Source of the DNA: an uncultured Candidatus Bathyarchaeia archaeon
GTDB lineage: Archaea; Thermoproteota; Bathyarchaeia; 40CM-2-53-6; DTDX01
DNA: 64,000 nt
Direction of reading: 5' to 3'
Assembly (NCBI GenBank): GCA_964608455.1
Contig: CAZSNM010000005.1
Location: 4,069 to 68,068 of the forward strand
The notes under the pieces are model-generated. The model had not been told where the DNA came from, made no database searches, and saw only the letters and a program-made list of their open reading frames with translations. This document shows, one piece after another, positions 19,701 to 28,998 of this stretch. A program made the position numbers and the translations under genes. Numbering within the stretch: the first letter of the stretch is position 1; every line of letters begins with the position of its first letter.

Positions 19701-20818
19701 CATTTAATTTAAAGGAGGGAAAAAGAATTAAAACAAACGATATATACGCGTCGTTTAGAAATTCAATAATAAATGAAGTTTTTTTAAATGAAAAAACTCA
19801 ACTGTTAAAAGAAGAGTTAATTCCAAATTTCCTAATTAAATTAAGCGATTTTTCAATGAAAACAATGAGAGATTCCAGTTCCAATTTTATTCAAGCTTCT
19901 CCAGAATTGGAATTTGATGATGAACCTCAATTATGTTTAAATATTAAAGAGGAGTTAAGCGAACCAATTCCCATTTATCCAAATTATAAGGATTCAACAA
20001 TAATTGCTATTGATGTCTCAAGTATAAAAATTGGAGAGACAAATGATGGTGTTATATGTGCCATTAGAGGAGCTGTTGTTTGGAGAAAACAAGGAGAAGT
20101 AAACTTTTTCAGATGCGGACCATTAATTTTTCATATAACCGATTTTATTATTGAACAATTATATGGTAATGTAGGAGTTAAAGCTTTAGAGTTTCCTATA
20201 GGGATAGTTTCAAGACTTAGGAATTTACTTGAAAGATTTATTCAAGGAAATGTATGCACCCACTTTAAAGATTCAATAATTCTTTTTGATGGAAGTTTAA
20301 CAGCTGGCACTCCTGATAATCCAACTAACAGTTTAACTCAAATCCTTTCTAAAGCTAAAGAAAATGGAAATATTGTTTTAGCAATTTCAAAAACTACTAA
20401 AATAGGTTTATCAGGAGTTAAATTGTCAGAGCTTCTAAAAAACTTTAAGGGACCGTGTCTTTTAGATATAGATGAAAGTATAAGATCGCTTTTTCCAAAT
20501 CATCCAGTTCAACTTCTTGGGAAAGTTTATGCAACTAAACTTTCAGCTAAAGGTTTATCTTTTAGACTTGATGTAGATAGAAAAGTAGATCTTAAAGAAA
20601 CAATAGATTCTTTAGGAAAATTAATAGTAAATGATATTATAGATTACGGGTATCCAGATACTTTAAGGCTTGCTCATATATTTTCATCCTTTACAGCAAG
20701 TGATGTTATAGGTATACAAAGATTCCTTTCAAAGAAATTTAAGATACAAATAGTTCCAAAAATTAATTTAAGAAGAATTCTCTTCGGTCCATTTGGAAAT
20801 CCAATGGAGGTTTCCTAA
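19697..20818 (+). CDS. NurA-like nuclease domain protein
   Basis: 373 aa with an N-terminal IIAIDVSS motif resembling the NurA DGS catalytic motif. Translationally coupled on both sides. Confidence 0.45.
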   Translation: MTFNLKEGKRIKTNDIYASFRNSIINEVFLNEKTQLLKEELIPNFLIKLSDFSMKTMRDSSSNFIQASPELEFDDEPQLCLNIKEELSEPIPIYPNYKDSTIIAIDVSSIKIGETNDGVICAIRGAVVWRKQGEVNFFRCGPLIFHITDFIIEQLYGNVGVKALEFPIGIVSRLRNLLERFIQGNVCTHFKDSIILFDGSLTAGTPDNPTNSLTQILSKAKENGNIVLAISKTTKIGLSGVKLSELLKNFKGPCLLDIDESIRSLFPNHPVQLLGKVYATKLSAKGLSFRLDVDRKVDLKETIDSLGKLIVNDIIDYGYPDTLRLAHIFSSFTASDVIGIQRFLSKKFKIQIVPKINLRRILFGPFGNPMEVS

Positions 20819-22257
20819 TGAAAATTTATAAAAAGGAAGGTGATGTAATTCAAATAATAAGTTTTCCAAATGAAATTGTGGAGAAAGGAGATTATCTTTT
20901 AATTGAAGACCCAATTGTAGATAAAGGTCTTTTAGTTCAAGTTATAGATATTCAATTCGCAAATGTTCCAGGAGTATTTGAAGATATTTTAAGAGATGCC
21001 GTGTTAGAGGAAGGAATTGAAGGAGAAAATTATGATCCAATGGAGGTTTCCTCTCAAATATCAATATTAAAAGATACAAAACTTTTAGTATGTAGAATAA
21101 GAGGGGTTTTAAGTAATGGAGAAATAGTTTTTGGAATGAATTATTTACCTTCAAGAACTTTATCTAGAATAATTCCATATAAAATTGAGAATTTTATTAA
21201 TTCAACAAGTAGAAGCAGACCTTTTCAAGTTGGAAAAATTAGGGGAGAAGCAGAATTAATTTTAGATGTTAAAGCTTTAGATGGAAAATTAAATATTGTA
21301 ACAGGAAGGAAGGGTACAGGAAAATCTCATTTAGCTAAGCTATTAATTTTAAACTTAGTTAAATATGGTGCTCCATGCATAATCTTCGATATAAACGGTG
21401 AATACATAAATTTAAATAAGAAAAAAACGGGGGAAACTTTAAAATTTGGTAAGTTTATAACGTTAACCCCAAAAATTAATATGAAATTTACTTTATCTCA
21501 AGCTAAGCTTACTCCAGTATTAAATATGATGATTTATTCATTAGATTTGCCAAGCACTTCAGCTAGAGTTTTTATCAAGATTTGGAGAGAATTAGAAAGG
21601 AGAGGAGAATTAAATTTAACTTCTTTAGGTGAAGCCATATTAAAATGGGATTGCCATGAAAGCGTTAGAGATGCATTATATGCTAGATATAATATGATTA
21701 TTGAATCTGGGTTATTTACAGATAATATTAATGAATCTTTAGATTTTGAATTTTTAATGAAAAGCATATCAAATGGTGGAGTTGTTGTAATTAATTTAAA
21801 GAATCAACCAGCTATGATTAGAAAAATGATTGTTGAATTAACGCTTAATAAGCTTACGGAGCTTTTATCAAACTGGAAGCTTCAAGCAATATTTTTATTT
21901 GCTGAGGAAGCTCATCTTTATTTAAGAGAAACCTATTGGGATGATATAGTAACTAGAATGAGACATCTTGGAATATTTACAACTTTTATAACTAATCAAC
22001 CTGATACAATTCAAGAGACAATTTATCGACAAGCCGATAACATTTTCCTATTTAACTTTTCAAATGAGCATGATTTAGAGGTTGTTTCTAAAGCAGCTAA
22101 AATAGATTCTGAAACAATTAAAAAAATAGTTAAGGAGCTCCCACCACATTATTGTTTAATAATAGGAGATGTAGTAAATAATTTTCCAGTGGTAGTGAAA
22201 GTTGAACCGCTTGAATTTGAAACGATGGGGGAAACAAGATTCTTCTTTAAAAACTGA
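20818..22257 (+). CDS. HerA-like (DUF87) HAS-barrel P-loop ATPase
   Basis: N-terminal HAS-barrel-like beta region, Walker A GRKGTGKSHLAK immediately followed by IIFDINGEY (HerA/VirB4-type), and Walker B IFLFAEEAHLYL. Confidence 0.65.
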   Translation: MKIYKKEGDVIQIISFPNEIVEKGDYLLIEDPIVDKGLLVQVIDIQFANVPGVFEDILRDAVLEEGIEGENYDPMEVSSQISILKDTKLLVCRIRGVLSNGEIVFGMNYLPSRTLSRIIPYKIENFINSTSRSRPFQVGKIRGEAELILDVKALDGKLNIVTGRKGTGKSHLAKLLILNLVKYGAPCIIFDINGEYINLNKKKTGETLKFGKFITLTPKINMKFTLSQAKLTPVLNMMIYSLDLPSTSARVFIKIWRELERRGELNLTSLGEAILKWDCHESVRDALYARYNMIIESGLFTDNINESLDFEFLMKSISNGGVVVINLKNQPAMIRKMIVELTLNKLTELLSNWKLQAIFLFAEEAHLYLRETYWDDIVTRMRHLGIFTTFITNQPDTIQETIYRQADNIFLFNFSNEHDLEVVSKAAKIDSETIKKIVKELPPHYCLIIGDVVNNFPVVVKVEPLEFETMGETRFFFKN

Positions 22258-23083
22258 TTTTTTAAAAAACTGTGAACCCAGAATAGTTGAAATAAAAAAG
22301 GTTAAAAAAGAAACTCCTACAGTTAAAACCTTAAGTTTCTATGATGAAAAATGCGCTTTAGCTAAACCAGGTCAATTTATAATGGTTTGGATCCCAAATA
22401 TAGATGAAATACCTATGAGTATAGCTTTAACAAACAAAAAAGGTTTAGTTACAATTGCTGTAAAAAAGGTTGGAGAAGCAACTGAGGCATTGCATAATTT
22501 AACTTTTAAAGATAAAATTGGTGTAAGAGGACCATTTGGAACATTTTTTTCGAATTATTTAAGTGATAAAGAAGTTATTATTGCAGCAGGTGGAACAGGA
22601 ATAGCGCCATTAATGGGCGTAATTAAAGATTTAGCAAAATATAAAAAAAGAGCAAAAATAATTTTTGGTGCTGAGAATAGGCAGGAACTCCTTTTTTTAA
22701 AGGAAATTAAAAAAATAATTTTTAATAAGCCATTTTTAAAATTTATTCCAGTAACGCTAAATGGAAGCTATGGATTTAAAGGTGATGTAGTTTCTATTGT
22801 TGAAAATGAAATTAAAAAGTTTAATGGTCAAATTTTAACTTGCGGCCCAGAACCAATGATTTATAAAATTTTCAAGCTTTGCATTAAAAAAAAGATATTA
22901 CTTCAAGCAAGCTTAGAAAGAATAATGAAATGCGGAATAGGCATATGCGGAAGCTGCGATTTAGCAGGATTTAGAGTATGCAAAGATGGCCCAGTATTTA
23001 ATCTTAATGCATTAAAAATGATGAGAGAGGAACTAGGATTTTATAAAAGGGATTCCTCAGGAAAACTTATAAAACTAGTTTAA
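22202..23083 (+). CDS. PyrK-like FAD/NAD-binding oxidoreductase with a C-terminal 2Fe-2S motif
   Basis: Ferredoxin-reductase-like fold (GGTGIAPLMG) and C-terminal CGIGICGSC. Start uncertain: TTG inside the 3' end of the HerA-like gene; there is no ATG before MVWIP. Confidence 0.55.
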   Translation: MNRLNLKRWGKQDSSLKTDFLKNCEPRIVEIKKVKKETPTVKTLSFYDEKCALAKPGQFIMVWIPNIDEIPMSIALTNKKGLVTIAVKKVGEATEALHNLTFKDKIGVRGPFGTFFSNYLSDKEVIIAAGGTGIAPLMGVIKDLAKYKKRAKIIFGAENRQELLFLKEIKKIIFNKPFLKFIPVTLNGSYGFKGDVVSIVENEIKKFNGQILTCGPEPMIYKIFKLCIKKKILLQASLERIMKCGIGICGSCDLAGFRVCKDGPVFNLNALKMMREELGFYKRDSSGKLIKLV

Positions 23084-23091
23084 GAAAAAAG

Positions 23092-24087
23092 TTACAACTT
23101 AGGCAATAAACCTTTTTCCATATCTATTATATATGGAAGCCATGAATGAAGATGGCGGCGCCTCACCATTTTAAACACCCTGATATAATTTTCAGTTTTA
23201 TCTTCTATTTCTTCAATTTTCATTTCTATAACACCATCAGCTATTTCCTCGCAAGCAGCCAAGATAGCTGGATGAAAAGCTTTTCTATTTAAAGTAACGA
23301 AACATAAAGTTTTAGATTCCTTAATTTTACCTGCCAAGCTTCTTAAAAACTCTAAAGAACTTCTAACTCCTCCTTTTTGAATTAATGTGCTTAATGAATC
23401 AAATATAACAATAGGTGAATTAAACTCCTTTAAAATTTTAGAAATAATTATGCTTAAATTTGGAAAGTTTAATGGATCCTCACTATATTTTTCTTTGCTT
23501 TTTATTCCAGCTTGAGAAGAATAACAATCAATAAAAACTAGTTTATTTTCTTTTTCGAATGGTAATGGATTAAAACCAAATTCAAGCATAAACTCTCTTA
23601 TTTCATCAGGAAATTTATCTAAAGTTACAAATAACCCTTTTCTACCAGTTGAAACTTTCTCGCATAAAATTTGAAGAACTAAAATATCTTTACCAGCAGC
23701 TGGATCAGCTAAAATTAAAATTAAACCTGAGGAGGGAAAACCATCTGGAAGAAGCTTATCTAAAATTTCAACATTTATTTTTTCAATATCTTTGGTTAAC
23801 TCAAATGTTACATTTTCCTCTTTAGTTAAATCCTCTAAAACAAGTTTTTGAAGTTCTTTATCTACTTCAGAATTAAATGAATAATATTTAATTTCATTAA
23901 GTAAACCTAATTTAACAAAATCTTCAATAGCTTTTTTCACTTCTTCAATAGGCTTATTAATTTTTGAAGCTAATTCATTAAGGCTTCCGAAAAAAGAGGG
24001 GTTCTTGTGAAAAAAAATTAAAAGCTCAGCTTTAATATCTGAACCTAAAAGTTTATCAAATATAATTTTGCGTTTCTCAATTGACAT
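23092..24087 (-). CDS. KaiC/RadA-like RecA-superfamily ATPase with N-terminal wHTH
   Basis: P-loop LILADPAAGKD in a KaiC-like domain (GLFVTLDKFPDEI) and an N-terminal HTH-like region. Confidence 0.55.
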   Translation of the reverse strand: MSIEKRKIIFDKLLGSDIKAELLIFFHKNPSFFGSLNELASKINKPIEEVKKAIEDFVKLGLLNEIKYYSFNSEVDKELQKLVLEDLTKEENVTFELTKDIEKINVEILDKLLPDGFPSSGLILILADPAAGKDILVLQILCEKVSTGRKGLFVTLDKFPDEIREFMLEFGFNPLPFEKENKLVFIDCYSSQAGIKSKEKYSEDPLNFPNLSIIISKILKEFNSPIVIFDSLSTLIQKGGVRSSLEFLRSLAGKIKESKTLCFVTLNRKAFHPAILAACEEIADGVIEMKIEEIEDKTENYIRVFKMVRRRHLHSWLPYIIDMEKGLLPKL

Positions 24088-24248
24088 AAATTTTTCTCCT
24101 ATTAGAATAGAAGAAAGCTTTATTATAAACTTTGTGAAATCAAATTGATAAAAGCAAAAAATAAATGCTAAATTTAAAAAAATCTTTTGTTTTTAAAGGA
24201 TAAAATTTAAAAGCATGAATTGAACTTGGATTTATTGAGGTGAAATCT

Positions 24249-24425
24249 ATGCCTACTCATGGTTCAATAACTAAAGCTGGAAAAGTTAGATCTCAAACTC
24301 CTAAAATTCAAGGAAGAGAGAGGAGAGCGCCAATACCAAGAGTAAGAGTAAGAAGCAACGCTTATAAAAGATTAGTTTTAGGAAGAAAGCCAGGACAAAA
24401 CTGGATGTTTGTTAGTAACAAATAA
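24249..24425 (+). CDS. rps30e: 30S ribosomal protein S30e
   Basis: MPTHGSITKAGKVRSQTPKI ... is the eS30 signature. GAGGTGA Shine-Dalgarno 8 nt upstream. The ORF track begins at an upstream GTG. Confidence 0.8.
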   Translation: MPTHGSITKAGKVRSQTPKIQGRERRAPIPRVRVRSNAYKRLVLGRKPGQNWMFVSNK

Positions 24426-24447
24426 AATATTAAAAATAGGGAAAGCT

Positions 24448-25851
24448 TTAAGCTTTAACCCATTTTTCCTGTAGAAATTTAGAGATTCCAGAGGAATCCA
24501 TAGGTCCAACAAGAACTTTCCATCCTGTAAGCTCTTCTATTTCTCCACTAAGTCTAGAAGCTCTTCCAGGAATAATTATAGTTTTATGCTTAACTTTATT
24601 TTCAATTCCACTTCCCTTAATGCTTTCAGCAACTTTTTCAGCTGTAAGCTTTCTTCCAGCAACAGCACTTTCAACAGAAAGCCCTTCAGTGTCGACCACA
24701 AGCAAATAACAATCGATTTTGCTAGCTTCAATATCTGAAGCGACTGTATAATATGTTAAAGCAAAATTTGTTGTTAAAAGAATTGGAGATTCTTCAGTTG
24801 GGTTTCCGAAAACTTTAATGCCAGTTTCTACAGCTACAGGTTTTCTAGGATCAGTATATAGATTTTGCCTAAGGATTGTTAATGGAAGTAAAACCCAACC
24901 ATCAAGGCTATGCATTATTAAAACATCAGCATATCTAGTTATTAGCATTGATGCAAGGCAAGCTTCTTTCCATGCTGTTACCTCTGGAAATTCACTAGGT
25001 TCTATCCAAACTATTGCTGGAACACCAATTAATGGAAAACCCAAAAGTTCATCTTCTTCTTTGCATGCAGCTCTTCTTAACATCGTGAAATTATTTAATG
25101 TATCTGCAAGTCCGTTCCAAAATGTTCCAGGATCTAAAACTAGATCTTCAACTCCATAGGCTAATAATGTTTTTGTTAAAGATTTTAAAGTTCTTAAATC
25201 ATTTGGTGAAAAAACAGTTAATGGACATTTATACATTAATGAAAGTTCAGCCATTTCTTTCCAATTCTCTTTTGTAGCACCATAAATCAATGGTTTTTTA
25301 CTGGAAACCTCTATTAATCCGGCCTCCATAACATTTGGATCTAAAGAACATAAAATTAATGGAAGATTTGTAATTGAAGAAACCTTTTTAACAGTTGCCT
25401 TAAATGTATCTGGATCATTTAAAACAGATCTAATAGCAATTAAATCAAGCTTCAAATTTTGTCCAATATATGTATATGAAAAACTTTCAGCTTCCTTCAC
25501 TCTTTTAACTATTTCTTCTTCAGGCATATCATCTGAAACATCTATGGCAATAGCTGTTGGATTATGATATGTTAATTCATGCCTATACATAACTAGTTTA
25601 CCACCAATTTTAACAATGTTGCTTCCAGAACCTATAGTAACTTCCTTTACTGGAGGCTTAAGCATTTCCCATAAAGCTTTATATTCGTTTTTATATTTTT
25701 CAGTTAAAATAGGTGGGCATTTATCTAATGTAACTTCTCTATTAACAAGTTTAGCAGCAAAAGCCATGCAGTTTTCTTCTCCACATTCCTTACAATTAGT
25801 TTTAGGCAAATATTTATAAACTTCTGTTGGGCTTAAAGTTTTTTTAGGCAT
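24448..25851 (-). CDS. cdhE: ACDS gamma subunit (corrinoid Fe-S protein large subunit, CdhE/AcsC)
   Basis: N-terminal 4Fe-4S motif CKECGEENCMAF...DKCP; 467 aa; last gene of the cdh operon. Confidence 0.8.
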   Translation of the reverse strand: MPKKTLSPTEVYKYLPKTNCKECGEENCMAFAAKLVNREVTLDKCPPILTEKYKNEYKALWEMLKPPVKEVTIGSGSNIVKIGGKLVMYRHELTYHNPTAIAIDVSDDMPEEEIVKRVKEAESFSYTYIGQNLKLDLIAIRSVLNDPDTFKATVKKVSSITNLPLILCSLDPNVMEAGLIEVSSKKPLIYGATKENWKEMAELSLMYKCPLTVFSPNDLRTLKSLTKTLLAYGVEDLVLDPGTFWNGLADTLNNFTMLRRAACKEEDELLGFPLIGVPAIVWIEPSEFPEVTAWKEACLASMLITRYADVLIMHSLDGWVLLPLTILRQNLYTDPRKPVAVETGIKVFGNPTEESPILLTTNFALTYYTVASDIEASKIDCYLLVVDTEGLSVESAVAGRKLTAEKVAESIKGSGIENKVKHKTIIIPGRASRLSGEIEELTGWKVLVGPMDSSGISKFLQEKWVKA

Positions 25852-25858
25852 TTTATTA

Positions 25859-27064
25859 TCACCTTTTTAAGCTTGTAATCCAATTATAAATTTTTTCAGT
25901 CTCTTCTTTAACAGTTAATTTTTTAATTACTTCCTTAACGGTTTTAACAGCAGCAGGATGCATCATCATAAAATAGTCTACCCCAGCCAAAAGCAAAGTT
26001 AAGGCTGAAACAGTTTCCCAAATTGGTCCCCTAAGCTCCTTGGGACCCCATTTTGACTCCATAGTCATCCAAGCTTCTCTAGCAGCCCAAGCATTTGTTG
26101 TTCCTGAAGAAATTGGATGTTGAAGTTCAGCATCACCCATTAATGCGGCTAATCTAGTTCTTTCCATAACTGTAAAAGCATAATCTAAACCATAACCTAA
26201 AGCAGCTGTTGTTGTATCAATTACAATCTTATTTTTAGGTAAAAATTCATATAATTTACGATTTAATTCCCTAGCATCATCCATATTCATAGCTGTAAAA
26301 GCTATAACACAATGATTGTGTTTTTTAATGGCTTCCGCAACTTTTTTGATATCCATGTTTAAAGTTACTGAATTAAATAAAATGTTTTCTCCTTCAGCAA
26401 CTTCAGCAACTTTCTCGAAAACTTTTAAATCTTTTTCCGGATCACCACAACCACCAACAGTTAAAGGAACATCAACTGCTTGAAGAACGTCCTCAACTGT
26501 TTTAGCTGCTTCTGAAGGTTTAGTATCCTTAAGAAGGGGATCTATGCTTACTAAATGAAGGTTTATTACTTCAGCACCCCACTTTTCCACAGCTTTTTTA
26601 GCCCATGCTACAGGATCCTCAAGAACATCTTCCACATGCATTTTTACAGCTTTAGCTAAAGGAATCTTCATATCAAAAACATCTATGGAGATTACTGGAG
26701 GGTTTGGCGGTGGCGATTCAAAAAGATAAAATGCTGGTGCTTTTTCACCTCCTATAGTTACTGTTTTACCTCTTGAGCCTCCCTCGCTTTTAGTTGCACC
26801 AATTTTAACCTCAACTATTTCTCCAGGATATTTCATTATTGGTGGATGAAACTCCTCCTCTAAAATCTCTTTTGGTTTAACTTTTGGAGGAGCCTCAATT
26901 TTAGGTAATGGAATCCGGCTTATAAAAGGTTGAAGTAAAAACTCTAATTCTTTAACTTTTATCTCAACATTTTCAAGCTCTATTTCTTGAAATTCACTTA
27001 AAAGCTTAATTATGTCAAATCCAAAATCACTAAAATCTTCTTTTTCCTTATTCTTTTTGCTCAT
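25859..27064 (-). CDS. cdhD: ACDS delta subunit (corrinoid Fe-S protein small subunit, CdhD/AcsD)
   Basis: 401 aa TIM-barrel-like ORF between cdhC and cdhE; stop/start overlap with cdhC. Confidence 0.7.
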   Translation of the reverse strand: MSKKNKEKEDFSDFGFDIIKLLSEFQEIELENVEIKVKELEFLLQPFISRIPLPKIEAPPKVKPKEILEEEFHPPIMKYPGEIVEVKIGATKSEGGSRGKTVTIGGEKAPAFYLFESPPPNPPVISIDVFDMKIPLAKAVKMHVEDVLEDPVAWAKKAVEKWGAEVINLHLVSIDPLLKDTKPSEAAKTVEDVLQAVDVPLTVGGCGDPEKDLKVFEKVAEVAEGENILFNSVTLNMDIKKVAEAIKKHNHCVIAFTAMNMDDARELNRKLYEFLPKNKIVIDTTTAALGYGLDYAFTVMERTRLAALMGDAELQHPISSGTTNAWAAREAWMTMESKWGPKELRGPIWETVSALTLLLAGVDYFMMMHPAAVKTVKEVIKKLTVKEETEKIYNWITSLKR

Positions 27065-28461
27065 TTAGTTTTTCCCTCCCTTCTAATTATAGCTTTTTTA
27101 GCCGTTATTGTTGCGTCTTTTAAAATAATTTTGAATCCTCCTCCAGTTGTTAAGGGAAGAGTTGAAGCTTCCATTACAATAGGTGGCGCTTCTTCAATTT
27201 TTGGTGCAGCAACCTCTTCTTTTTTCTCTTTTTCTTCGATCTCCTTCCATCTTTGAATCACAGGATGATTTTTACTTTTAAGAAAGTTTTTTAATTCTTC
27301 TATTGTTTTAACATCGTTTTCAGTAGCTATTTTATCCACTATATCTTTTGGAATAAAATCTTTAACTCTTTCTTTAATACTGGATGGCATCCATACAATT
27401 CTATTCCATCCACCATCAGCTTGAAGAAATTTTGAAGAACGCATATATTCTATTGAGATTCCATGAAAACCATCAACTTGTCTACCTCCAGCTGTTGAAT
27501 CGGCCATAGTTGAAAACGGCAAACCGTTTACAGCTACACCTTTAAAATCTCTATGAATTATTCCAAGCCCATCAACCTCAGGTATATAAAAGGCTATTGC
27601 TTCAAAGCATCCACAAGAAGTATGAGGATAGTTAAAAGCTGTGTAAAGCCATACTCTTTCAATTTCTCCAAGTGATTTTTTCTTAACAGCCTCATTTACA
27701 CCACTCCATTCTCCTTTAAACGAATCTAAAACTTTTCCAACTTCTATTTTAAATATTGGACCTTTAGGATCTACTCTTGCAGCTGCTCTTCCATCAAACC
27801 AGCTTATGGCTCCGCAATTAGCATATCTTTGTGGGGTTATTACACATACATGGGTTGGAGCAAAAGATTGACAAAGTGTACAACCATAAAAACAATCCAC
27901 TTCTTCATCTTTTAATCCTCTAGCTCTAGCATCTCTTTTTTCATAAATTTCTCTAGCTATTTTTTCCATTTCTTTAACTTTTTCTTGATCAGTAATAAAT
28001 GTTATTTGAATTTTTTCTATTATTGGAAGCTCGCTTTTAAAAAGTCTTTGAAGGACTTTCCCTATTAAAATAAAGGAGTTTAAACCTTTTTTAAATGATT
28101 TTTTGCTTAACCTTAACCAGATATCATATCTTTGATTTAAATGCATAAAGCCTTCAATATAATTACAATATTCATGTATTCTTCTTTCTATAACGCCTTC
28201 AAGATCTTCTTCAATTTCTTTTCCAGCTACTTCAACAAGAATTCCTAGAGGATAACTTTTTCCTTCTTCTAAATCCTTAATATCTGGGCCTATAATTTGA
28301 ATTTTTCCATCTTCTATTTCATCCATTTTTCTAGCTTTTACAAGTTCAAATTTATTTTCTACTTTTGGTCCTCCAAACTCAACATGCATATCTGGCTTTC
28401 TAATTCTTTCACCTTCATAAATAACTCCAACATCAACTGGAATATCACTAAACATTGACAT
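27061..28461 (-). CDS. cdhC: ACDS beta subunit (acetyl-CoA synthase, CdhC)
   Basis: A-cluster motifs CFYGCTLCQSFAPTHVCVITP and HTSCGCFEAIAFYIPE; 466 aa. Confidence 0.9.
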   Translation of the reverse strand: MSMFSDIPVDVGVIYEGERIRKPDMHVEFGGPKVENKFELVKARKMDEIEDGKIQIIGPDIKDLEEGKSYPLGILVEVAGKEIEEDLEGVIERRIHEYCNYIEGFMHLNQRYDIWLRLSKKSFKKGLNSFILIGKVLQRLFKSELPIIEKIQITFITDQEKVKEMEKIAREIYEKRDARARGLKDEEVDCFYGCTLCQSFAPTHVCVITPQRYANCGAISWFDGRAAARVDPKGPIFKIEVGKVLDSFKGEWSGVNEAVKKKSLGEIERVWLYTAFNYPHTSCGCFEAIAFYIPEVDGLGIIHRDFKGVAVNGLPFSTMADSTAGGRQVDGFHGISIEYMRSSKFLQADGGWNRIVWMPSSIKERVKDFIPKDIVDKIATENDVKTIEELKNFLKSKNHPVIQRWKEIEEKEKKEEVAAPKIEEAPPIVMEASTLPLTTGGGFKIILKDATITAKKAIIRREGKTK

Positions 28462-28465
28462 AATT

Positions 28466-28996
28466 TTAACCTCCTTCTAAAGCCTTAATTAAAATATTTA
28501 AGCTTTTAATCCAATCGTTTATGGTTAAATTTGGAAAAGACCATGAAGCATGAGGTTGATAAAATCTATCAAGAGAAATCGTTATAATGTTTGAAAAATG
28601 TTTTATTCCGGAAAGTACAAGCCACTCTACATAATATGGAATAGCTATAAATAATGCTAGATCATGTGAACCTAAACCATCAACTCCACTCCAGTTTGGA
28701 TCTATAAGTTTGCTTCCAACTTCCACTATAGACATAAGGGAAACTGGAATAAACTTTTTAATTTCAGCGAAAGATTTTCCAGATGCCACCACAGGTATTT
28801 TTCCTGCTTTAGCAATTTTAACAATATATTCTATGAGTTTAATTTCATTGTTTGTTTCTTCAACAGCTTCATGACCAACTATAAGCACAGGATGTTTAGC
28901 TCTTTTTATTAATGTAGCTGCAACCTCAGGTTTTTGAATTATAAAACTTTTTGTTGGACCTGGAATTTCAGCTTTTTGCCATGGTTCAGCAGCCAT
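28466..28996 (-). CDS. cdhB: ACDS epsilon subunit (CdhB)
   Basis: 176 aa ORF immediately downstream of cdhA, in the conserved operon position. Confidence 0.7.
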   Translation of the reverse strand: MAAEPWQKAEIPGPTKSFIIQKPEVAATLIKRAKHPVLIVGHEAVEETNNEIKLIEYIVKIAKAGKIPVVASGKSFAEIKKFIPVSLMSIVEVGSKLIDPNWSGVDGLGSHDLALFIAIPYYVEWLVLSGIKHFSNIITISLDRFYQPHASWSFPNLTINDWIKSLNILIKALEGG

Positions 28997-28998
28997 TT

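Noticed and set aside
24818-25819. Plus-strand ORFs inside cdhE (24818-25159, 25616-25819) and within cdhA (29966-30376)
   Set aside because: Antisense to conserved ACDS genes; no motifs.
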